A stretch of DNA of 25,903 nt from Candidatus Micrarchaeota archaeon (GTDB taxonomy: Archaea > Micrarchaeota > Micrarchaeia > Norongarragalinales > SBBD01): the NCBI GenBank assembly GCA_043806595.1, contig JAZDGU010000039.1, forward strand, positions 1 to 25,903. Reading direction: 5' to 3'. Below are positions 17,721 to 24,603 of this stretch, in pieces. The notes below the pieces were generated by a model, which did no database searches, was not told the DNA's origin, and was given only the letters and a program-made list of their open reading frames with translations. The translations under genes were made by a program, and so were the position numbers. Numbering within the stretch: the stretch's first letter is position 1; each line of letters opens with the position of its first letter.

Positions 17721-18362
17721 TCACTTGCCCCTCCGCCTGCGCAGCGACAGCGTGAGAAAATCCGCGTCCGGGTCGTAGGAAACCCGCACCTTCGCGTACG
17801 CCTTGAGCGCCGTGGACAGCCTCTCCCTGCTCAGGAGCGAACCCTCCCTACCGATTCCTGCAGCAAGCTTTTCGTGTTCGTGCGCAATTTCTTTCGGGGT
17901 GACGCCGAGGTGCACCGCGAAGTTCGCAAAATCTTCCTCCAACGCCCTGCGGGAGCGTCGGGACAGCAGCTCGCTCCGCAGCATATAGCCCAGTGCTGCG
18001 TCCCTAAACCGCTTCAGTCCCTCGTGCCCGCCGAGCCTCATGCCGTTTACCCGGTGGTGGAATTCGGCGTGGAGCAGTCCCGCCAGCGTCGCCACGTCCT
18101 TTTTCACCTGTGGGTCCCGGCGCTGGCGCGGTCCAAGCGAACGCAGCCTCTCCGTCCTCAAGGAGAACCCGTTCTTCCTCAAATCCCCGACCAGTTGGGG
18201 CAGTCTGATTCCCCTTGCATCCAGCGAAGCGAGCGGGTCGTAGGCGTCCTTAAAGCGGTTCATGGGCAGCAGGTCCTCGCTCTTAAGCCGTTCCATGAAC
18301 GCCGTTATGCGGGGGTCCTTTGGGCCCTTCTGCACTTGTTCTGCGTTTCTGCGCGTGGCCAT
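17721..18362 (-). CDS. Hypothetical Arg-rich protein with C-terminal DUF2283-like motif
   Basis: 213-aa ORF exactly filling the gap between genes; ends VRVSYDPDADFLTLSL. Confidence 0.6.
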   Translation of the reverse strand: MATRRNAEQVQKGPKDPRITAFMERLKSEDLLPMNRFKDAYDPLASLDARGIRLPQLVGDLRKNGFSLRTERLRSLGPRQRRDPQVKKDVATLAGLLHAEFHHRVNGMRLGGHEGLKRFRDAALGYMLRSELLSRRSRRALEEDFANFAVHLGVTPKEIAHEHEKLAAGIGREGSLLSRERLSTALKAYAKVRVSYDPDADFLTLSLRRRRGK

Positions 18363-18386
18363 GAACCGATTCGCACCCCAACCTAT

Positions 18387-18403
18387 TTATTGGTTGCCAA
18401 TAA
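18387..18403. promoter_or_regulatory. Inverted repeat TTATTGG-N3-CCAATAA in a divergent promoter
   Basis: Perfect 7-bp arms in the 59-nt gap between divergent starts 18362 and 18422. Confidence 0.45.
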
Positions 18404-18421
18404 TACGCCTCCGAAGGCCAC

Positions 18422-19126
18422 ATGTTTTCAGTCATCATACCGACCCACAACGAGGAAAAGCGCGTCTTCGACACGCTCGCCCGCCTCACCCACTTCCTCC
18501 AGCAGAACTACCCCCGAAAATTCGAGATAATCGTAGTAGACGACGGCACGGACTCGACGCAGAGAATCGTGCGCTTCTTCGCCCGCAAGCCCGCCAACCG
18601 CGTGAGGCTCGCGCACTTCGGCAGGAGGCTGGGCAAGGGCGGCGCCCTCATGCAGGGCATCCGGCTGGCGCGCGGCGGGCACTGCATCTGCTACGACGCC
18701 GACGCCGCGGTGCCGCCGGAGGAAATCCCGAAGATGCTGGACGCGCTCGTGCGCTTCGACGTCGTGATCGGAAGCCGCAAGGCCGAGCGCGCGGTCATCG
18801 TCGGCCGCATCCCCCTTCGCCGCAGGTTCGCCAGCAGGGCCTTCAACACCCTCGTGACCCTGCTGTTCCGGCTGGGCGTGAGGGACACGCAGTGCGGCTT
18901 CAAGGGATTCGGCCGGAAAAAGATTCTCCGCATCCTGCCGCGCATCAGGTCCCGGGGCTTCGAATGGGACGTCGAGCTGCTCGTGTGTGCGCGCCATGCC
19001 GGCCTGACGCTGCACGAGCTGCCCGTGGAGTGGCACCACAAGAAGGAGGGCAAGGTCGTGTTGAGGGACACCCTCCACATGCTGCAAGGCGTCATCCGGC
19101 TGAAGCGCGACATCTCTAATATCTGA
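18422..19126 (+). CDS. GT2 glycosyltransferase, dolichyl-phosphate hexosyltransferase type (ALG5/AglD-like)
   Basis: SVIIPTHNEE, IIVVDDG, GKGGA, DAD, GSR, DTQCGFK, FEWDVELL. Confidence 0.92.
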   Translation: MFSVIIPTHNEEKRVFDTLARLTHFLQQNYPRKFEIIVVDDGTDSTQRIVRFFARKPANRVRLAHFGRRLGKGGALMQGIRLARGGHCICYDADAAVPPEEIPKMLDALVRFDVVIGSRKAERAVIVGRIPLRRRFASRAFNTLVTLLFRLGVRDTQCGFKGFGRKKILRILPRIRSRGFEWDVELLVCARHAGLTLHELPVEWHHKKEGKVVLRDTLHMLQGVIRLKRDISNI

Positions 19127-20480
19127 CCGGGGGCAGCCTCCCGCCTGCGGCCTCGAGCTCCTTCTTGAATATTCCGACGACCTTCCTCAGAGCGGGCTTC
19201 GTCCTGCCCTCGAACCTGAGCGTGACCGCGGGCTCGGTGTTCGAGACGCGCACCAGCCCCCACGAATCGCCCAAATCCAGGTACGCCCCGTCGATTGTTT
19301 TCAACTTGCCGCCGAAGCGCTTTCTCAGGCTCTTCTTGACCGCGTCGACGGTCTCCCTCTTCGTGTCGGTGTGCACGCGCATTTCCGGAGTGGCGGGGTA
19401 ATGCCTGATGCCGTCGACGATTTCCGCCGCGGGCAGCTGCTGCGCGGAGAGCCACATGCACATCTTGAACGCGGCGTACATGCCGTCGTCGAACCCGTAA
19501 TGCTCCTTGAAGAAGTAGTGACCGGAGACCTCGCCGCCGAATGCGGCCTTCCGCTTCAACAGCTCCTCTCTGATTGCGATCCTTCCCGCCTTCGACACCA
19601 CGGGCCTGAGGCCCAGCCGTTCCGCCTCCTCCCTCACCGCCATGGAGAGACGCAGGTCGCAGACCACGGCGCCCCGCTTTTCCGGCTTGAGCCCGCGCAT
19701 CAGCAGGACGAAGGCGTCATCCTCCCTCACTATCCTGCCCTTGTCGTCCACGAATCCGGCGCGGTCGCCGTCGCCGTCGAAGGCGATGCCGAGGTCCGCT
19801 TTCTGGCTAAGCACCTCGTCCTGCAGCCACCTCATGTTCGCGGGGTCGTGGGGGTCGGGCACGTGGTTGAGGAACGCGGATTCCGTGTCCTCGAAGAGCA
19901 TCGTCACCTTGCACCCCATGCCCTCGAAGAGCCTGCGCGCAAGAGGGCCGCAGACCCCGTTGCCCGCGTCGATCGCGACCTTGAGCCTCCTCGCCGGCCT
20001 GCCGCGTCTGAGGATGTCGGAGACGTAAGCCTGGGAATAGTCGAGTTTCGCCAGCCCGCCGCTTTTTGCCCGCTTAGGAAATGCCTTCGCATGGAAAATC
20101 CGCGAAAGCCGCAGCATCTCCTCGGAGGAAAGCGTCATCCTCCCGCGGTAGAGCTTGAAGCCGTTGTATTCCGGCGGGTTGTGGGAGGCGGTGACGATGC
20201 ACCCGCCGGCGGAGCCGCCTTTCGCGAGCGCGTACTGCATGAGCGGGGTGGGCGCCATGCCGAGCTCGACGACGCCGAATCCCCTCGAGCGCAGGCCCTG
20301 CTCGAACGCCAGCTGCAGCATCGGCGAGTGCGTGCGGTTGTCCCTCGCTACGAGCACTGGCTTCCCGGGCTTTCCCAGGAAGGTCGCGAACGCCTTGCCG
20401 AGGTCTTCCGCGAAGCGCGCGCCGATGTCCCTCCCGACCACGCCGCGGATGTCATATCCGCTGAAGAGCTCATGCGTCAT
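19116..20480 (-). CDS. Phosphomannomutase/phosphoglucomutase (alpha-D-phosphohexomutase)
   Basis: YDIRG, TASHNP, DGDGDR, GEVSGH, RVSNTEP. ATG 20480 overlaps the rhomboid stop (ATGA). Confidence 0.95.
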   Translation of the reverse strand: MTHELFSGYDIRGVVGRDIGARFAEDLGKAFATFLGKPGKPVLVARDNRTHSPMLQLAFEQGLRSRGFGVVELGMAPTPLMQYALAKGGSAGGCIVTASHNPPEYNGFKLYRGRMTLSSEEMLRLSRIFHAKAFPKRAKSGGLAKLDYSQAYVSDILRRGRPARRLKVAIDAGNGVCGPLARRLFEGMGCKVTMLFEDTESAFLNHVPDPHDPANMRWLQDEVLSQKADLGIAFDGDGDRAGFVDDKGRIVREDDAFVLLMRGLKPEKRGAVVCDLRLSMAVREEAERLGLRPVVSKAGRIAIREELLKRKAAFGGEVSGHYFFKEHYGFDDGMYAAFKMCMWLSAQQLPAAEIVDGIRHYPATPEMRVHTDTKRETVDAVKKSLRKRFGGKLKTIDGAYLDLGDSWGLVRVSNTEPAVTLRFEGRTKPALRKVVGIFKKELEAAGGRLPPVRY

Positions 20481-21046
20481 CCGAGGAGCACCATGTCCGG
20501 CTTCGCCCGTTTCGCGTAGACGTACCCGATTGCCAGCCCGCCGACGTGCGCGAAGTTGGCGATGTTGGTCACCGCTGCGACTCCGGAGACTATCTCCGTG
20601 AAGAGCCAGAATATGCCGGCGAGCCACATCGGCATCGGGATGAACCCCACGAAGATAATCATGTTAGGCTCGAGCGCGGCCATGGCGCCGAGGATGCCGA
20701 ATATTGCCCCCGAGGCGCCGAGCGCCGGAACGGTGCCGCCCGTGAGGATGTAGAGCACGCCCCCGGCCAGGCCCGCCAGGAAGTACAGTATGAGGAACTG
20801 CCTGCCGCCGATGCGCTGCTCCAGCAGGGGCCCGAATATGAGCAGCGCGAACATGTTGAAGAATAGGTGGAACAGGCCCGCGTGCATGAACATCGAGGTG
20901 ACGAACTGCCACGGCATGAAAAGCGCGTTCTTCGGGTCCAGCATGAGCATCTGCAGCAGCGGCAGCGGCAGGAAGAACTGGATGACGAACGCGAAGAGGT
21001 TGATGTACAGGAGCATCATGGCGTAGGACATTTCTCTAAAAGGCAC
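20477..21046 (-). CDS. Rhomboid intramembrane serine protease
   Basis: WQFVTSMFMH, HLFFNM, catalytic GASG and AHVGG. Start GTG 21046 or ATG 21031. Confidence 0.95.
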   Translation of the reverse strand: MPFREMSYAMMLLYINLFAFVIQFFLPLPLLQMLMLDPKNALFMPWQFVTSMFMHAGLFHLFFNMFALLIFGPLLEQRIGGRQFLILYFLAGLAGGVLYILTGGTVPALGASGAIFGILGAMAALEPNMIIFVGFIPMPMWLAGIFWLFTEIVSGVAAVTNIANFAHVGGLAIGYVYAKRAKPDMVLLG

Positions 21047-21070
21047 CGTGCGGTATTACTCAAGGAAGGG

Positions 21071-21076
21071 TTTAAA
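21071..21076. promoter_or_regulatory. Bidirectional TATA (TTTAAA)
   Basis: Palindrome 25 nt from GTG 21046 (-) and 23 nt from ATG 21099 (+). Confidence 0.6.
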
Positions 21077-21098
21077 TGCTTGCCCGCCAAATCCGCGT

Positions 21099-21344
21099 AT
21101 GGCCGATTTGTCGTTCTACTTGAGCCAGGCGTGGTTCGTCTTCCTGCTGTCGCTCGCGGTCACCGCGCTCGTGTTCCCGCTCGTCTTCATCCTCAGCTTC
21201 GTCTACGACGCCCTGGCCGAGAAATACGACAAGACGCCCAAGATCCTGCTCATGGCGCTCGTGACCTTCGTTGGAGTCCTCATCGCGGTGCTGGCGGTCG
21301 AGATATACCTGGAATTCACGCTGCCCTTCGCTTTCGCGCCGTAG
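21099..21344 (+). CDS. Small two-TM membrane protein (81 aa)
   Basis: Two long hydrophobic stretches, GC3-rich codons, TATA upstream. Confidence 0.75.
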   Translation: MADLSFYLSQAWFVFLLSLAVTALVFPLVFILSFVYDALAEKYDKTPKILLMALVTFVGVLIAVLAVEIYLEFTLPFAFAP

Positions 21345-21351
21345 GGGGTGG

Positions 21352-22224
21352 CTAGGAGTAGCGCTCGGCGAGGATGGTCTTGCCCTGCGGAGTGAGCTCG
21401 TAGTACTTCCACTTGCGGCCCTCGTCTATCTTTCGTATCAGCCCCGCCTCCTCCAGCAGTTCCAGGTGCTGCTTGGCGCCCGGCAGGGAAATTTCCCTCT
21501 CGGCGGCGAGCTCGCTGAGCGTCTTGCGCCTCTGCTGAAGCGACGCGAGGAGTTCCATGCGCGTCTCCGAGGAAAGAGTCTTGAATATAGCGGAATCATA
21601 CGCCATCTCGGGCGCGAACGATACCTTGAAGAGGTTGAGCAGCAGCGCTATCGCGACAACGGCGCCCGCAAGGTAGTAGAAGAACGGGTTCGAAAGCAGC
21701 CCCCTGCCTTCCTCCGCCCCTGCTGCCGCTGCGCCGTAACTTGGGGCGTTGGCCCCGGCGCCGGTATTCTGATTCGGTGCCAACAGCGGCGCATCTTCTG
21801 CGCCTACCGATGCCACTTGCTTCCAAGCGGTATCAGTCGCCTCTGCTCCGGGAGTCGGGGTCGCGTTATCGCCGGTCCTCATCGCAGCGCCTGCCCCGAA
21901 AGCCCCGCCGGACGCATTGGGAAGGCCGGTTTCAAGAATTTGGGGGACGTCCGGACCTTCCGGCGGAAGCGGAGGGCCGTCGTATTCTACCTCGGACTCT
22001 GGAGTTGCAGTCTGCTCCGGGGATGCAGCCGGCGCGGTCGTGGGTTCCGGCGTCGGCGCCTCTGCTTGCGCGCCGGTCCTGCCGGAGGCGTCCGCGGCGA
22101 GCATCTTCTCCGATGCCACACTTGGCGCCGCAATCGTGAGGTAGAGGAACCCGAGCGCGCCAAGCGCGACCGCTAGCACCGCGATTATCGCGAAATTCGC
22201 CTTCCGGTTGAGCAGAATCCTCAT
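21352..22224 (-). CDS. Membrane-tethered ArsR-family winged-helix regulator (TM1 - Pro/Ala/Thr-rich linker - TM2 - wHTH)
   Basis: C-terminal IFKTLSSETRMELL...TLSELA...HLELLEEAGLI...GRKWKYYELT; two hydrophobic helices flank a low-complexity region. Confidence 0.88.
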   Translation of the reverse strand: MRILLNRKANFAIIAVLAVALGALGFLYLTIAAPSVASEKMLAADASGRTGAQAEAPTPEPTTAPAASPEQTATPESEVEYDGPPLPPEGPDVPQILETGLPNASGGAFGAGAAMRTGDNATPTPGAEATDTAWKQVASVGAEDAPLLAPNQNTGAGANAPSYGAAAAGAEEGRGLLSNPFFYYLAGAVVAIALLLNLFKVSFAPEMAYDSAIFKTLSSETRMELLASLQQRRKTLSELAAEREISLPGAKQHLELLEEAGLIRKIDEGRKWKYYELTPQGKTILAERYS

Positions 22225-22246
22225 GCTTAACCTTCCGGTTAAGCAT
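22223..22246. promoter_or_regulatory. Perfect operator palindrome ATGCTTAACC-TTCC-GGTTAAGCAT over the regulator start
   Basis: 10-bp perfect arms; overlaps the start codon and abuts the minus-strand TATA TTTTTAAG (22254-22247). Confidence 0.8.
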
Positions 22247-22264
22247 CTTAAAAAGAGTTGTCAA

Positions 22265-22288
22265 ATGCTTAATCCGCGGCTTCAGCGT
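22265..22288. promoter_or_regulatory. Second, degenerate operator upstream of the TATA
   Basis: ATGCTTAATC-CGCG-GCTTCAGCGT (9/10 + 7/10), 42 bp from the first copy. Confidence 0.65.
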
Positions 22289-22304
22289 GCTTCCCCCCCT
22301 GCCT

Positions 22305-22397
22305 TCAGCCGAAGAAATTGGAGTACGCCCAGAGCAGGACCAGTATCATGAGTATGAATCCGGCCCAGAACCACCGGTCGAGTTCCTCGAGTTCCAT
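22305..22397 (-). CDS. 30-aa single-TM microprotein
   Basis: MELEELDRWFWAGFILMILVLLWAYSNFFG; AAGGTG SD-like sequence upstream; fills the gap and is co-oriented with the regulator. Confidence 0.55.
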   Translation of the reverse strand: MELEELDRWFWAGFILMILVLLWAYSNFFG

Positions 22398-22528
22398 TCC
22401 ACGCACCTTTTTACCTGTTTCTTTATGCGCTTCCCGGCTTTTATTCATTTTGGACCTCCCCGCCTGCCTGCGGCTCTGCAAAGGCATTTAAGCCGGTTCG
22501 GCCCTCGTCTTACCCCGGGGGTTATTTC

Positions 22529-23389
22529 ATGCCGAGGAAGTCGCGCACGTCGAAGGCCAGCAAATGGCTCTGGAACGCCGCCAAGGCCGTTGCCTTCGGC
22601 CTCTACAGGCTGCTCGTCTGGATTCTGCGGGGCCTCTGGCGCACGCTTTCGTTAATGTTCCGCCACGGGGGGCGCGCGGTTTCCTCGGCGGTGCGCCGTT
22701 CGGTGAATACTGCTTCCGCGGCAACCGGGAAAAAACCCGCGTATTCCGCGTTTTTTGAGGTCCGCGCCTTCGAGGGCTCGCTTGCCGGGTTCGAGGAATG
22801 GCTGTTCTCCTCGAAGTCCACGGTCGGCATCATACTGGGTTCGCGGGGTTCGGGAAAGTCCGGCCTCGGCATGCGCATGCTGGAGAACTGGGCGGCCGGC
22901 GGCCGCAAGGCGTGCGCCATGGGGTTCGACCAGTCGGCGCTCCCTAGCTACATCCGCGTCGTCGAATCCGCGGAACAGGCACCGAACGGCTCGGTGCTGC
23001 TCGTGGACGAGGGGGGCATCCTGTTCGGCTCGAGGGACTCCATGTCGGGCGCGAACAAGCTCCTCTCAAAGCTGCTGTTCGTCGCGAGGCACAAGGACCT
23101 CGCGATAGTGTTCGTCAGCCAGAATTCTGCGAACCTCGAGATAAACAGCATCCGGCAGGCCGACTACCTTCTTCTCAAGCGCCCCTCCCTTCTCCAGAAG
23201 GACTTCGAGCGCGGGAAGATACAGGAAATCTATTCCGCGGTTTCCAAGGACTTCAAGGAGCTCTCCGGCGACAAGGGCCTGGTATACATCTACGGAGACG
23301 CCTTCCGCGGCTTCGCGTCCAACGGTTTGCCTTCCTTCTGGAGCGAGCGCACCGGCAAGGCCTTCAGCAGGAAGGGCCTCGCGAAGTGA
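22529..23389 (+). CDS. Zot/pI-like (FtsK-HerA superfamily) P-loop ATPase with N-terminal hydrophobic/amphipathic helix
   Basis: Walker A GSRGSGKS, Walker B VLLVDEG, LL..ARHKDL..VFVSQ motif typical of Zot/A32-type ATPases. Confidence 0.72.
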   Translation: MPRKSRTSKASKWLWNAAKAVAFGLYRLLVWILRGLWRTLSLMFRHGGRAVSSAVRRSVNTASAATGKKPAYSAFFEVRAFEGSLAGFEEWLFSSKSTVGIILGSRGSGKSGLGMRMLENWAAGGRKACAMGFDQSALPSYIRVVESAEQAPNGSVLLVDEGGILFGSRDSMSGANKLLSKLLFVARHKDLAIVFVSQNSANLEINSIRQADYLLLKRPSLLQKDFERGKIQEIYSAVSKDFKELSGDKGLVYIYGDAFRGFASNGLPSFWSERTGKAFSRKGLAK

Positions 23390-23391
23390 CC

Positions 23392-23424
23392 AGTGCAGGG
23401 GAAGCACGGCAAGGACGATGCCAG
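23392..23424 (+). repeat. 33-bp direct repeat, copy 1
   Basis: AGTGCAGGGGAAGCACGGCAAGGACGATGCCAG; 31/33 identical to 24089-24121. Confidence 0.9.
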
Positions 23425-23541
23425 GCCCCTGATCTGAAGGGGAAAACGGCTCAAACGCCATGAACAACCCGTCAAATCTTCATCGCAGCCTTACCGGCCG
23501 GTTTAAATATATTTAGGTATAGCAAAGTATGCGTGAGGTAT

Positions 23542-23781
23542 ATGGAGGTAAGCACCATTCGGTTGCACAAGAAGACCAAGTCCGGCCTTGACAGGTACAA
23601 GGAATACCGGAACGAGAGCTACGACGAGGTCGTGATGAAGCTCGTCAGCATTGCCGACACCTGCAGGGACGAGCCCGAGCTTTCCAAGGAGGCCGTTGAA
23701 CGGATAGAGCTGGCTAGGCGGAGAATCAAGTCCGGCGAGTTCGCCACCGAGGCGGAAGCACGCAAGAGGCTGGGCCTGTGA
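23542..23781 (+). CDS. Antitoxin with RHH-like N-terminus
   Basis: STIRL...LD...ESYDEVV N-terminus, ARKRLGL end, GAGGT SD, GTGA overlap with the toxin. Confidence 0.82.
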   Translation: MEVSTIRLHKKTKSGLDRYKEYRNESYDEVVMKLVSIADTCRDEPELSKEAVERIELARRRIKSGEFATEAEARKRLGL

Positions 23782-24029
23782 CCTACAAGCCTGTCTTCGA
23801 CAAGAAGGCGCTGGAGTTCCTTGAACGCTTGCCAAAGGACTTGCGGCTCAGAATCTTCGAGAAAGCGGCAGCAGCAAAAGAAAACCCTCGGCACTTTTTC
23901 GAGAGGCTTGAAGGCCGGCAGGATTACAAGCTGCGCGTCGGCGACTACCGGCTAATTGCTGACATCGACCACAGCCTGCAACGCATTGAAGTGACCCTGA
24001 TAGACCGCCGGAAGAGGGTCTACAAGTGA
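23778..24029 (+). CDS. relE: RelE/ParE family toxin
   Basis: 83 aa, basic, YKLRVGDYRLI and RKRVYK motifs. Confidence 0.9.
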   Translation: MTYKPVFDKKALEFLERLPKDLRLRIFEKAAAAKENPRHFFERLEGRQDYKLRVGDYRLIADIDHSLQRIEVTLIDRRKRVYK

Positions 24030-24034
24030 GGGTC

Positions 24035-24076
24035 GGAATTTGTCCGGCGGTTAACCTCTATTCGCCGGGCATTTCC
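24035..24076 (+). terminator. GC-rich hairpin directly after the toxin stop
   Basis: TGTCCGGCGG (24041-50) pairs with TCGCCGGGCA (24062-71), with outer GGAA/TTCC. Terminator function is uncertain in an archaeon. Confidence 0.35.
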
Positions 24077-24088
24077 AGCATACGGCTG

Positions 24089-24121
24089 AGTGCAGGGGAA
24101 GCACGGCAAGGATGATGCTAG
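24089..24121 (+). repeat. 33-bp direct repeat, copy 2
   Basis: AGTGCAGGGGAAGCACGGCAAGGATGATGCTAG. Confidence 0.9.
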
Positions 24122-24290
24122 AGTCATTACAAACCCTGTAATTCGGGGAATATTACTAGTTCAAATCAGATTTAAATGGGCTTTCAATTAGACTGTAGGT
24201 AACGTATCGTTTTTCAGACCTTAGAGCGCGCTCGAGTGAAACCCGGGACGGGGGCTAAGTTATTATTATCTTGGCGTTTTTCTATAATTA

Positions 24291-24584
24291 ATGGCCAAGG
24301 AACAAAAGCCGCGTATTTTGAAATTGGTTAGGCTGCGGTTCGCCGTTTATAGCGTCGTCTTTCTTCTATTGTTCGGAACCGTCGTCTATTATTTTGCCGA
24401 AGGTTTGAACTGGGTGGACTCGTTTTATTTCACGGCGATGACGATTACCACGACGGGTTACGGCGATATCGTCCCGAAAACCGAGTTTGGGAAGATTTTC
24501 ACGGTCGTGTTCTCCTTCGCCGGCATCGGAATGTATTTTTATACGATTATCGTGCTTGCCTCCAGGTTCATCAACAGGAAGTAA
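24291..24584 (+). CDS. Minimal 2-TM potassium channel (Ion_trans_2)
   Basis: Pore helix DSFYFTAMTIT, filter TTGYGD, P.T..GK motif; 97 aa. Confidence 0.92.
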   Translation: MAKEQKPRILKLVRLRFAVYSVVFLLLFGTVVYYFAEGLNWVDSFYFTAMTITTTGYGDIVPKTEFGKIFTVVFSFAGIGMYFYTIIVLASRFINRK

Positions 24585-24603
24585 AATCCAATTCCGCGCT
24601 CTT

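Noticed and set aside
20481..20627. N-terminal extension of the phosphohexomutase ORF
   Set aside because: Lies inside the rhomboid gene; the family starts near YDIRG and ATG 20480 gives ATGA coupling.
23425..23490. Second C/D sRNA (contains TGAACAACCC, identical to part of the D' guide, and a CTGA)
   Set aside because: No correctly ordered C/D'/C'/D boxes on either strand; a 10-nt match can arise by chance.
21099..24121. Intact inovirus-like provirus around the Zot-like ATPase
   Set aside because: No replication initiator, integrase or co-oriented structural gene cluster; the repeats do not enclose the ATPase.
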